Shown here: piece after piece, positions 39,094-47,753 of the stretch
Position numbering within the stretch: the first letter of the stretch is position 1
Layout: the number at the start of each line of letters is the position of its first letter
NCBI GenBank assembly: GCA_001897475.1
Contig: MKSY01000026.1
Span: 25,324-89,323, forward strand
Length of the DNA stretch: 64,000 nt
Direction: 5' to 3'
Origin: Alphaproteobacteria bacterium 43-37
GTDB lineage: Bacteria; Pseudomonadota; Alphaproteobacteria; 43-37
Notes under the pieces: generated by a model
Told to the model about the DNA's origin: nothing
What the model saw: the letters and a program-made list of their open reading frames with translations, nothing else
Databases searched by the model: none
Program-made: the position numbers and the translations under genes

Positions 39094-39681
39094 ATGTCTT
39101 CACAAAAACCTCTTACTTCACCAAAAGGCACTCTCCTCTTTGGAGCCATCCATAGTCCCAGCACCAAGTTTAATGAGCTGGGTGAATACGTTGCTGTCAT
39201 GATCTTCTCAGATGAAGAAACACAAAAGTTCATTGAAACACTGGAAGCCAACCTTGAAGGCTTTCGTCAATCTCAAGGTATTTCATCAAATGCTCGAAAG
39301 AACATTCCCTACAAGAAGGTCATTGATCAGGAAGGAAAAGAAACTGGTCAGATCAGCTTTAAGTTTGGAAGCAAAGCCAAAATTATCCGAGAGGACAAAG
39401 AACCCATCACCATTCGTCCTGTCATCTTTGATGAAGCAGGTAAGCCTTATGATGTTGATATTGGAAGTGGTTCTGAGCTGAAGGTATCCTATGTCTGCCA
39501 TTATTGGTCAAACCCAGGATTGGGTTATGGAGTGTCGCTTCGTCTGAAAGCTGTGCAGGTCTTGGATTTAAGGGAGCCTCAGGCATCACAACGAGATGCT
39601 GAGTATTACGGATTTACCTTTGAAGGAGAGAATGATGAGCATTCAGGCCAAGAGGCAGATGAGGAAGAAGTCTCCTTCTAA
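39094..39681 (+). CDS. Single-stranded DNA-binding protein, T7 gp2.5-like
   Basis: It is about 195 aa and begins the DNA-metabolism block. It has an acidic C-terminal tail ending in an aromatic residue (EADEEEVSF), as in gp2.5 (…EDGDF). Confidence 0.75.
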   Translation: MSSQKPLTSPKGTLLFGAIHSPSTKFNELGEYVAVMIFSDEETQKFIETLEANLEGFRQSQGISSNARKNIPYKKVIDQEGKETGQISFKFGSKAKIIREDKEPITIRPVIFDEAGKPYDVDIGSGSELKVSYVCHYWSNPGLGYGVSLRLKAVQVLDLREPQASQRDAEYYGFTFEGENDEHSGQEADEEEVSF

Positions 39682-40060
39682 ACATCAACAGTACCGTTCA
39701 GCCTTTGAGAAAGGGATTGCCAAAAGCTTATCCGCCAAAAACATTCCTTTCACCTATGAGACCAAATCCCTTGTCTACCACAGCACTCAAACTTACACAC
39801 CCGACTTTGTGTTTCCATCAGGCTTGATGTTGGAAGCCAAAGGGTTTTTTAAACCACAGGATCGTCGCAAGCATTTGCTTGTTAAGCAACAACATCCTGA
39901 TGTGGATATCCGGTTTGTGTTTCAAAATGCCAATGTGCCTTTGTCTAAGGGTTCAAAAACCACTTATGCCAAATGGTGTGAAAGGCATGGGTTTTTGTAT
40001 GCTGAAAAGGATGTTCCAGACAGCTGGATCACTCAGAGCATCGTTGAGGAGGTGCAATGA
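39635..40060 (+). CDS. Endonuclease I (Holliday-junction resolvase), T7 gp3-like
   Basis: YTPDFVFPSGLMLEAKGFFKPQDRRKHLLVKQQHPDVDIRFVF matches T7 gp3 YTPDFLLPNGIFVETKGLWESDDRKKHLLIREQHPELDIRIVF. The start is uncertain (39596, 39635 or 39656) and overlaps the end of the SSB gene. Confidence 0.8.
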   Translation: MSIQAKRQMRKKSPSKHQQYRSAFEKGIAKSLSAKNIPFTYETKSLVYHSTQTYTPDFVFPSGLMLEAKGFFKPQDRRKHLLVKQQHPDVDIRFVFQNANVPLSKGSKTTYAKWCERHGFLYAEKDVPDSWITQSIVEEVQ

Positions 40061-41640
40061 CTTCAAATTCAAACTTTGTTGGTCATGAGCCTTGTCCAAA
40101 GTGTGGTAGCAAGGATAATCTTGGTCGATATGATGACGGTCATGGCTATTGTTATGGCTGCCAATACAGTCAGCAGCCTGATTCAGTTGAGGAAGTTGAA
40201 GAAGTTGAGGGTGTAGAAAGAGGCAATAGCTTCTCTTTTATTCAAGGCACCATCAAAGCTTTGCCCAAGCGTGGTTTGACTCAGGCAACCTGCAAGCTCT
40301 GGCGCTATGAGGTGGGTCAATACAAAGGTAGGGTTTGCCATATTGCCAATTATTTTGATGAGGCTGGGAGAAAGGTTGGCCAAAAACTTCGATTTGAAGA
40401 TAAAACTTTTAAGGTCATTGGCAAGCTGAATCTTTATGGTAAACATCTTTGGTCGGCTGGAAAAATGGTGGTGGTGACTGAAGGTGAGATTGACGCCCTG
40501 TCTATGTCTCAAGCTTTTGATAACAAATGGCCTGTGGTGTCGATCCCAAATGGGGTGCAAAGTGCTTATAAAGCCTTACAAGAAACCCAAGACTGGTTCA
40601 ATGGCTTTGACCGAGTTGTGTTACTGTTTGATCAAGATGAAGCCGGCATTAAGGCCGCCAAGTCCTGTGCTCAGCTGTTTAAGGTGGGTCACGTCTTTAT
40701 TGGCAAACTCCCATTAAAGGATGCCAATGAGATGATCGTGGCAGGCCGAAGCTCAGAACTCATCAATGCCATATGGCGAGCGTCTGAATACCGGCCCGAT
40801 GGCATTGTGGATGGCAAGGACACCTGGAAATATCTTCTCGAGTCCCAGGGCAAGCCAGCAGCACTTTATCCATTTGAAGGATTAAACCAAAAGACCGGAG
40901 GCATTCGCCTTGGGGAAATTGTGACCATTTGTGCTGGCACAGGAATTGGAAAGTCCCAAGCTTGCCGTGAGATTGCTTTGTCTTTGGTAAATCAAAACTT
41001 TAAGGTTGGCTACATTGCCTTGGAAGAAAACTTGGGCAAAACAGTTGCTTCATTCATTCACCTTAAGCTTAATCAACCACCTCATGCTTCACTTCAAACA
41101 GATGACACCACAAAAACTGTATGGGAAGAAGTTATCCCAAAGATGGCGTTTTATGATCACTTTGGCTCAATGGACAGCACAACCTTACTCAACCGGATTC
41201 GGTTTATGGCTGTGAGCCTGAACTGCAAACACATTATCCTCGACCACTTGTCCATTGTGATCTCTGGCTTGGCTGGGGGCGATGAGCGGCGGATGATTGA
41301 TCAGACCATGACCAATCTACGTTCTCTAGTGGAAGAGTTACAAATCAGTCTCATCCTTGTTTCTCACTTGCGTCGCATTGATGGCAAGCCTCATGAAGAA
41401 GGTGGCGCCACATCTTTGTCTCACCTTCGTGGCAGTGGCGGTGTGGCTCAGCTGTCTGACATGGTCATTGGCCTAGAGCGGGATCAACAGTCTGAATCCT
41501 CTAATCTCATGACTCTGAGAGTCCTTAAGAATCGCTTCAAAGGTGAGACGGGGTTTGCCGCTACACTGGAATATAACCCCACCACCGGAAGGCTGAGCGA
41601 GGTAAGCGCTAAGAGCGGTGAAGCTACGACAGCCTTTTAA
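40057..41640 (+). CDS. DNA primase/helicase, T7 gp4-like
   Basis: It has a zinc ribbon (CPKCGSKDNLGRYDDGHGYCYGCQ), a TOPRIM region and a helicase Walker A (CAGTGIGKS). Confidence 0.9.
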   Translation: MTSNSNFVGHEPCPKCGSKDNLGRYDDGHGYCYGCQYSQQPDSVEEVEEVEGVERGNSFSFIQGTIKALPKRGLTQATCKLWRYEVGQYKGRVCHIANYFDEAGRKVGQKLRFEDKTFKVIGKLNLYGKHLWSAGKMVVVTEGEIDALSMSQAFDNKWPVVSIPNGVQSAYKALQETQDWFNGFDRVVLLFDQDEAGIKAAKSCAQLFKVGHVFIGKLPLKDANEMIVAGRSSELINAIWRASEYRPDGIVDGKDTWKYLLESQGKPAALYPFEGLNQKTGGIRLGEIVTICAGTGIGKSQACREIALSLVNQNFKVGYIALEENLGKTVASFIHLKLNQPPHASLQTDDTTKTVWEEVIPKMAFYDHFGSMDSTTLLNRIRFMAVSLNCKHIILDHLSIVISGLAGGDERRMIDQTMTNLRSLVEELQISLILVSHLRRIDGKPHEEGGATSLSHLRGSGGVAQLSDMVIGLERDQQSESSNLMTLRVLKNRFKGETGFAATLEYNPTTGRLSEVSAKSGEATTAF

Positions 41641-41776
41641 CCAGTTACAAGAGACCTACGCCAGTGCCGTAAGCTACGGCAAACGTATGGGTGAACCCAA
41701 TAAAAATAACAATCCCCTAAAGACATAATGCGTTTTCAATTGTTTCAACTTTTTTACCTTTAAAGGAAAACTACAC

Positions 41777-42298
41777 ATGCAAAATTTAAATACAACTTCT
41801 GATTTTGAGCTCAATAATCGTTCTGGTCGTGGCATTCAAGATAATACTCGTCCATTAAAGCATTTTAAGTCGATCCGTAACAAAAAGTTTGGTTTTTCTC
41901 TTGATGCGATGACGGATGATGAAGGAACGGTTTGGTTTGTTTTTGATGTCGTTTGCTACTATCTGGGATTATCGACTTTAAAGAACCCTAAAGAGACTCT
42001 TAATGAAGCTCAAACACGTGTCGTTACAACGGGTATATATGGGGGCTGGAAGCCAATCACTCTTGTCAGTGAGCCTGGAGTTTATCATCTGGCTTTAAGA
42101 AGCCATAAACCAAGCGCCGAACGATTCTATGAATGGGTCTTTGAGGACGCACTACCTTCTATTCGCAAAGCAAGCATTGATGCTTTACTGGCTCAAATTA
42201 ATGCATTCAATGAAGAGATCAGAGAAACTAAGGAATTGCTGCGAGCTCGTCATGAGGAGCTGATCTTCTGCAAATTCGGTGCAGATTACATTTGTTAA
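41777..42298 (+). CDS. Bro-N domain protein
   Basis: WFVFDVVCYYLGL...GVYHLALRSHKPSAERFYEWVFEDALPSIRK is a Bro-N (antirepressor N-terminal) signature. Confidence 0.65.
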   Translation: MQNLNTTSDFELNNRSGRGIQDNTRPLKHFKSIRNKKFGFSLDAMTDDEGTVWFVFDVVCYYLGLSTLKNPKETLNEAQTRVVTTGIYGGWKPITLVSEPGVYHLALRSHKPSAERFYEWVFEDALPSIRKASIDALLAQINAFNEEIRETKELLRARHEELIFCKFGADYIC

Positions 42299-42328
42299 AA
42301 ATGACTCACTTGTAGCTGAAAGGTTACC

Positions 42329-42619
42329 ATGCCTGATCATACACCAAATGTAAGTTTCCTTGAGAATGTGCAAAGCACCCTTGAGGATCGCAAAAACCAG
42401 TATGGTACAGCTGAAGAGCTGTTTACCCATATTGCCAAACGGTGGAGCCTGACGCTTAGTCAGGCCATCACGCCTGCTCAGGTTGCCATCTGCATGATGG
42501 ACTTGAAGATGGCCAGGCTTGCCCATGATCCTAAACACCATGACAGCCTTATGGACATTGTGGGATATGCCAACTGCCTGGCTGACCTTAAAGCATCAGG
42601 GAAAGCTTTTACTCCCTAA
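42329..42619 (+). CDS. Hypothetical protein
   Basis: The 96-aa ORF lies between the two Bro-N genes. No motif recognised. Confidence 0.35.
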   Translation: MPDHTPNVSFLENVQSTLEDRKNQYGTAEELFTHIAKRWSLTLSQAITPAQVAICMMDLKMARLAHDPKHHDSLMDIVGYANCLADLKASGKAFTP

Positions 42620-42661
42620 CTTAGGCCCATACCGCATACCTCTGGGCAATATATTTTTCTA

Positions 42662-43525
42662 ATGAAGCACTCAAATAAGGATTTAAAACTTATGACTATT
42701 CTAAATTTTCCTGGCACCAGCGCCACTAACACCCATGCCAATTCTTCCTCTAATAGCACCGCCTCAGCTTTACAAACCTTTCTTTTTGAAGATCAAAATG
42801 TCCGCATTGCCCTTGATGATAAAGGTGAGCCTTGGTTTGTGGCTGCAGATGTTTGCAGGATTCTAAATCTCCAAGATCATAAGTCGGCATTAAGGCCTCT
42901 AGAAGAAGATGAAAGGGGGGTAAAAACTTTCCTATCCCATGGAGGGCCTCAAAAATACTCCATTATTAATGAATCAGGCCTTTATTGGCTTATCTTTAGA
43001 AGCACCAAGCCTGATGCCAAACGCTTCCGTATTTGGGTTACCAATGAAGTCTTGCCATCCATTCGCAAGACTGGCAGCTATAGTGTGCATAATAAAATTC
43101 CAGACTTTACCAAAATCCCAGAAACATACGAAGAGCTGATGTTCCACCATCAATATGTTGTTGGAGCTTGTATAAAGCTGCAAAAGGAAAACGAGGTTAT
43201 TAAGCCCAAAGCGTTATTTTATGACAATTATAAAGATGTGAAGGGAAATCACCCCCTGCGTGCCTTAGGTAAACTCTTTCATCTTCCGCCCAATGGGCTT
43301 ATTAAACAGCTGATTGAGGATGGATTCTTATATCGGTGTGGTAAGTCGCTCATGGCCAAGCAAACCTTTGTCCAGAAGAAGTGGTTTGAGACCAAGCTGG
43401 TCATTGATTATCATGGAAGACCTAAAACACAAACGGTTGTTACGCCCAAAGGTGTTTTAGGATTAGCTGAGCGCTACGGTTTCATGAATGACTCTGATTC
43501 CAACGATGACTACTTAATCAATTGA
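42662..43525 (+). CDS. Bro-N domain plus KilA-C/ANT-like C-terminal domain protein
   Basis: It has a second Bro-N block (WFVAADVCRILNL...GLYWLIFRSTKPDAKRFRIWVTNEVLPSIRK). The C-terminal 150 aa resemble antirepressor C-domains. Confidence 0.65.
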   Translation: MKHSNKDLKLMTILNFPGTSATNTHANSSSNSTASALQTFLFEDQNVRIALDDKGEPWFVAADVCRILNLQDHKSALRPLEEDERGVKTFLSHGGPQKYSIINESGLYWLIFRSTKPDAKRFRIWVTNEVLPSIRKTGSYSVHNKIPDFTKIPETYEELMFHHQYVVGACIKLQKENEVIKPKALFYDNYKDVKGNHPLRALGKLFHLPPNGLIKQLIEDGFLYRCGKSLMAKQTFVQKKWFETKLVIDYHGRPKTQTVVTPKGVLGLAERYGFMNDSDSNDDYLIN

Positions 43526-43557
43526 CATCGTTTGGCTATTTGAAAGGCTTAAGAGCA

Positions 43558-43589
43558 AAGGGGGAGCAAACTTTGCCCCCCCTTTAAGT
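43558..43589 (+). terminator. Hairpin (GGGGGAGCA..TGCCCCCC) between the Bro genes and the DNA polymerase gene
   Basis: An imperfect GC stem is followed by a weak T-tract. It may be a terminator or an RNase III-type processing site. Confidence 0.3.
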
Positions 43590-43623
43590 TCATCAAAAAC
43601 AATTTAATAAATGGAGCAAGTTC

Positions 43624-45408
43624 ATGACGAAATGGATCATGGATTGTGAATGCGATGGGCTTTTGCCTGAAGCAACCCAGCTGTTTTGCGTTGTCTTACG
43701 AAGTCTTGACGTTCCAGATCACATTGCCACCTTTACCCAAGAGACCGGCTTTGATGGCTTGAAGGAAACCCTTCAGGCAAGCGAACTTTTGGTTGGCCAT
43801 AATATTATTGGGTTTGACTTGCCCTTATTGGAAAAGCTTATTGGTCTACCTAAATCAGTTTGTGAGATCAGAGACACACTCATTATTGCTCGTCTGATGT
43901 TTCCTGACACAGCAGCCTTGGATAACCTGAATAAACTTCCTGGTAAACTCTGGGGAAGACATTCTCTTGAGGCTTGGGGCCACCGCCTTAAGGTTCATAA
44001 AGGTAATCATGTGGACTTTTCGATATTTTCAGAAGGAATGCTGGACTATTGCATTCAAGACACCTTTGTAACCTATAGGCTGTGGCAATTTTTAAAGAAG
44101 CAGAAATGGGACGAACGGTCAATCACCCTTGAGCATGAAGTGGCCAAAATCATACAGGCTCAGGAAAGTCGAGGATTTTGCTTTGATGTCGACAAAGCCG
44201 TGTCTTTATACACGAAGCTGCTGGATAAAAAGCATACCCTTACAACAGCGCTCCAAGAACTCTTCCCACCATGGTGGGGTAACGAGCATATTTTTGTGCC
44301 CAAACGAGACAATAAACGCTTAGGCTATGTGGCTGGTGTTCCGGTGACAAAGGGAGAATGGATCACTTTTAACCCATCGTCTCGAGATCATATCGCCGAT
44401 CGCTTGCAAGCTGTTTATGGATGGAAGCCCAAGGAACTCACACCCACTAACAAACCCATTGTGGATTGCCAGAGTCTTGGCTTATTAAACTACCCACCCA
44501 TTCCATTGCTCTTAGAATATCTAACTATCGAAAAGCGCCTAGGCCAATTGGCTGAAGGCAATCAGGCTTGGTTAATGCTTGAGCGTAAGGGCAGGCTTCA
44601 TGGCAAGGTCAATACCAATGGTGCAGTGACAGGGCGGATGACGCATTCGAACCCAAACATGGCTCAGGTTCCGGCCAATGATGTGCCTTATGGTAAAGAA
44701 TGCCGTGATCTATTCATCCCAAGCCCAGGTTTTGTCTTAGTCGGTTGTGATGCGGCTGCCTTGGAATTGCGGTGTCTGGCAGGCTACATGGCTCCTTATG
44801 ACAATGGTGCTTATGTTCAAACTGTTATTGGTGGCGAAAAATCCACAGGCACGGACATTCATAGTGTCAACCAACAAGCCATTGGTGCTGAATCAAGGGA
44901 CATCGCAAAGACTTGGTTTTACGCCTACATCTATGGTGCTGGGCATGCCAAGCTCGGTGAAATCTTAAGTGGTAATGCGGCTTTAGGTAAGATATCCAAG
45001 GAACGATTTGAGAAAAACCTTCCCGCCTTGGGTAAGCTGGTGAAAGCCATTGAGCAAACACTTGTCACAAGAAAATACCTAAAAGGATTGGATGGCCGAA
45101 AGCTTTATGTGCGTTCCAAACATGCGGCCCTGAACACACTTTTGCAAAGTGCTGGAGCGGTGCTGATGAAGCAAGCTTTGGTGTTGCTTAAACAGAGCCT
45201 TGATGCTGAAGGGCTTGTCCTAAATAAGGACTACGCCTTTGTGGCCAATGTCCATGATGAATGGCAGATCGAGGCTTTGCGTCATTTGGCGGATATTATC
45301 GGGCAAAAGTCCGTGGAAGCCATCAAAGCTGCTGGCAACCACTTCAACTTTGCTTGTCCCTTAGATGCCTCCTACAACATTGGCTCCTCTTGGGTTGAGA
45401 CTCATTAA
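43624..45408 (+). CDS. DNA polymerase, family A, T7 gp5-like (compact, 594 aa)
   Basis: It has an N-terminal 3'-5' exonuclease motif (IMDCECDGL). WGRHSLEAWGHRLKVHKGNH matches T7 gp5 FGSHALEAWGYRLGEMKGEY. Pol motifs DYAFVANVHDEWQ are present. Confidence 0.9.
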   Translation: MTKWIMDCECDGLLPEATQLFCVVLRSLDVPDHIATFTQETGFDGLKETLQASELLVGHNIIGFDLPLLEKLIGLPKSVCEIRDTLIIARLMFPDTAALDNLNKLPGKLWGRHSLEAWGHRLKVHKGNHVDFSIFSEGMLDYCIQDTFVTYRLWQFLKKQKWDERSITLEHEVAKIIQAQESRGFCFDVDKAVSLYTKLLDKKHTLTTALQELFPPWWGNEHIFVPKRDNKRLGYVAGVPVTKGEWITFNPSSRDHIADRLQAVYGWKPKELTPTNKPIVDCQSLGLLNYPPIPLLLEYLTIEKRLGQLAEGNQAWLMLERKGRLHGKVNTNGAVTGRMTHSNPNMAQVPANDVPYGKECRDLFIPSPGFVLVGCDAAALELRCLAGYMAPYDNGAYVQTVIGGEKSTGTDIHSVNQQAIGAESRDIAKTWFYAYIYGAGHAKLGEILSGNAALGKISKERFEKNLPALGKLVKAIEQTLVTRKYLKGLDGRKLYVRSKHAALNTLLQSAGAVLMKQALVLLKQSLDAEGLVLNKDYAFVANVHDEWQIEALRHLADIIGQKSVEAIKAAGNHFNFACPLDASYNIGSSWVETH

Positions 45409-45425
45409 AACTGGAAAATCACAAA

Positions 45426-46181
45426 ATGACTAAATTACTTATTGACGGCGATATGCTGATCTATCGTCATGCCCATGGGGCAACCGAACATGTGGACTGG
45501 GGTGACGGCCTTTGGGTGTCTTTTGGCAACCAGCATATTGCCATAGAAGGCATTCATAGAACGATTTCTGAGTGGCAAGAGCAGTTTAAAGCAAAAGATG
45601 TTCTCCTGGCCTTATCGCATAAAGACAATTTCCGCAAAAAGCTGTGCCCGAAATATAAGGCGCAAAGGAGGTTAAAAGAACCAGCCGTTCTGGTCAAAGT
45701 TTTAAGACAAGAAGTTGCCAAAGATTATCCTACCCTTGAGGTTCCAACCTTAGAGGCTGACGATGTCATTGGTATTGAAGCGACGAAGGACAATGAGAAT
45801 GAATGTTCTAAAGCCATCATTATCTCTTCGGATAAAGATTTTAAGCAAATCCCTGGGACTCACTTTAACCCGCTCACGCCCCTGTTAGGCCTTGAAACAG
45901 TTACCAAGTCACAAGCTGAAGAAGCCTTTCTGACGCAAACCCTTTCTGGGGACATTGTGGATGGCTATACTGGCTGCCCAGGCATTGGCAAAACCAAAGC
46001 CAAAAGTATCTTGGATGGCTACTTATCCTTGGCTGATGCGTGGGAGAGGATACTCAAAACTTACGCCAAAGCAAATCTCAAGCCAGAAGATGTGCTCCAC
46101 CAGGCCAGGCTCGCCAAGATTTTGCATGCTCATGAATATTGCCCAAAGCAGGGCGTGCGCCTTTGGCAGCCCCCCCTCTAA
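45426..46181 (+). CDS. 5'-3' exonuclease, T7 gp6-like (FEN family)
   Basis: LLIDGDMLIYRHAH, LEADDVIGIEAT, ISSDKDFKQIP and GDIVDGYTGCPGIG align with T7 gp6 MDGDWLVFQAM, LEGDDVMGVIAS, ISCDKDFKTIP and GDITDGYSGIAGWG. Confidence 0.85.
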   Translation: MTKLLIDGDMLIYRHAHGATEHVDWGDGLWVSFGNQHIAIEGIHRTISEWQEQFKAKDVLLALSHKDNFRKKLCPKYKAQRRLKEPAVLVKVLRQEVAKDYPTLEVPTLEADDVIGIEATKDNENECSKAIIISSDKDFKQIPGTHFNPLTPLLGLETVTKSQAEEAFLTQTLSGDIVDGYTGCPGIGKTKAKSILDGYLSLADAWERILKTYAKANLKPEDVLHQARLAKILHAHEYCPKQGVRLWQPPL

Positions 46182-46241
46182 AAACACATCGCCTACCTAT
46201 AAAAACTCAACCAATAATCTAAAACAGGAACTGATATAATA

Positions 46242-46640
46242 ATGACTCAATTACTCACGCCTAAAGCTGTGGCGAATCAATACAGCATCAGCCTCAGCAC
46301 TCTTTACAAACAGCGAACCTTAAACACAGGCATTCCTTATACCAAGGATGCGGATGGAAACACATACTATAACCGCAAGGATGTAGAAGCCTGGCTTGCC
46401 AACCATTGGAACCCACGAGTGAACAAAAAGGCCCGTACATACATCAATCCTGATGTGGTTCATTTTGTGACGCCTAAATACATTGCCAAAACCTATAATC
46501 TGTGTGAGCAAACCTTGGCCAGGCTTAGGCAGCTGGGCAAAGGAATGAGGTTTGTGAGCCTCAGAGGGCAAGATTATTACATCAAAGAGCAATGGGAGAC
46601 GTTTTACCGGGGCCGAAACGTCAATGTGAACTGGAATTGA
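46242..46640 (+). CDS. Tandem-HTH excisionase/AlpA-like DNA-binding protein
   Basis: It has two repeats of the motif LLTPKAVANQYSISLSTLYKQ...GIPYTKD / FVTPKYIAKTYNLCEQTLARLRQLGKGMRFV, which is the excisionase-type (MerR-like) HTH. Confidence 0.5.
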   Translation: MTQLLTPKAVANQYSISLSTLYKQRTLNTGIPYTKDADGNTYYNRKDVEAWLANHWNPRVNKKARTYINPDVVHFVTPKYIAKTYNLCEQTLARLRQLGKGMRFVSLRGQDYYIKEQWETFYRGRNVNVNWN

Positions 46641-46653
46641 GGAGGCATAAACA

Positions 46654-46932
46654 ATGACTCAACACTATGCCTACACAAAAGACAACAAAGCCACCCGCCT
46701 TATGGGCGAACAAGAGGTAGCCAAGATGCTGAATGTCAGCCCAGGCACACTAAGAAATCAACGTTCCAAAAAGATCGGCTTACCGTATGTGAAGATTGGA
46801 AAGAAGGTTCAATATAGGTATTCAGATATCGAGGATTTTATTGAGAAAAACATTCGCCTGATCACAAAAGATCACTCAATCGGTGCAGCAATTAAAATAG
46901 GACTGGAAAATGACAAAAATATTGCTAACTGA
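46654..46932 (+). CDS. Excisionase-family HTH protein
   Basis: QEVAKMLNVSPGTLRNQRSKKIGLPYVKIGKKVQYRYSDIEDFI is paralogous to the neighbouring genes. Confidence 0.5.
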   Translation: MTQHYAYTKDNKATRLMGEQEVAKMLNVSPGTLRNQRSKKIGLPYVKIGKKVQYRYSDIEDFIEKNIRLITKDHSIGAAIKIGLENDKNIAN

Positions 46933-47119
46933 AAAGCAGGTTTCAGAATTATACAATGTAAGCGTTGGAACTCTGCGCTCTCAAAGAGTAACCGGCAAAG
47001 GAATGCCCTTTGTTAAGTTTGGAGGTAAAATCCTTTATAGGACTGAAGATATTGAAAAATATATTCAGGGTAGACTTTTTAACTCTACCACTGAATATCG
47101 ACAATCAATTTATTCCTAA
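46910..47119 (+). CDS. Excisionase-family HTH protein (candidate recombination directionality factor)
   Basis: KQVSELYNVSVGTLRSQRVTGKGMPFVKFGGKILYRTEDIEKYI. Its 3' end lies inside the att-flanking repeat, and a relic copy of this 3' end is at 8478-8505. Confidence 0.5.
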   Translation: MTKILLTEKQVSELYNVSVGTLRSQRVTGKGMPFVKFGGKILYRTEDIEKYIQGRLFNSTTEYRQSIYS

Positions 47120-47243
47120 TCTAACTTGTTACCTATATGTTACCTAGGAGAAAAATCCAGAAGTTGCTAACTTCAAAAACCCTAGGGAAACTATGGTGGG
47201 CGATGAGGGGATTGAACCCCCGACCCTCTCGGTGTAAACGAGA
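47086..47243. repeat. attR: direct repeat partner of 8472-8619, overlapping the 3' 50 nt of tRNA-Val
   Basis: Positions 47194-47243 are identical to 8570-8619. The upstream imperfect homology contains the TTGTTACCTA tandem at 47127-47148. Confidence 0.75.
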
Positions 47244-47268
47244 CGCTCTCCCGCTGAGCTAATCGCCC
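47194..47268 (-). tRNA. tRNA-Val (anticodon TAC)
   Basis: The reverse complement reads GGGCGATTAGCTCAGCGGGAGAGCGTCTCGTTTACACCGAGAGGGTCGGGGGTTCAATCCCCTCATCGCCCACCA. It has a 7-bp acceptor stem, a TTTACAC anticodon loop, a TTCAATC T-loop and CCA. Confidence 0.85.
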
Positions 47269-47272
47269 ATAA

Positions 47273-47316
47273 AAAACCCCAGGTTGCTAAACAATGCAGT
47301 CCTGGGGTTTGTTTTA
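47273..47316 (-). terminator. Rho-independent terminator of hupB
   Basis: On the minus strand it reads CCCCAGG...CCTGGGG followed by TTTTTT. Confidence 0.5.
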
Positions 47317-47318
47317 AA

Positions 47319-47591
47319 TTAGGAAATGGCTTCAGTCAAGCCCTTACCGGCACGAAACTTTGGTTGTTTCTTTGCTGGGATCTTAATTTTTTCACCCGTC
47401 CGAGGATTGCGACCTTCTGTCGCTGGACGGTTGGCAACTGTAAATGTGCCAAAGTTAACCAGACGGACTTCTTGACCTTTTTTCAAGAAATCTGTAATTG
47501 ATTCAAGAACGCCATCAACTGCCTTTCCGGCGTCCGTTTTGGTAAGACCTGTTTTATCGGCTACCAAACCAACGAGATCATTTTTGTTCAC
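47319..47591 (-). CDS. hupB: DNA-binding protein HU
   Basis: A 90-aa ORF containing FGTFTVANRPATEGRNPRTGEKIKIPAKK, the HU/IHF arm motif. Confidence 0.85.
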   Translation of the reverse strand: MNKNDLVGLVADKTGLTKTDAGKAVDGVLESITDFLKKGQEVRLVNFGTFTVANRPATEGRNPRTGEKIKIPAKKQPKFRAGKGLTEAIS

Positions 47592-47753
47592 GTATATGCT
47601 TCCTACTTTCCAACCTAACCAATGTTACTTCCGGCTGTATTAATTTGCCTAGTCGTAACGTACGAACCATGTTAGTGCTAAAAAAATGATTACGTCAACG
47701 AAAAAACTAGATTTTTCCAAGAAAAAACATAAAAAAAGTCGCAAAAACTGAAA

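Noticed and set aside
8570-47243. Considered that the phage region is a Bartonella gene-transfer agent or a Mu- or lambda-like siphophage.
   Set aside because: The ssRNAP, gp10-type capsid, gp11/12 tail tubular proteins, gp4 primase-helicase and gp6 exonuclease are T7-specific hallmarks. No tape measure, tail sheath or lambda-type repressor is present.
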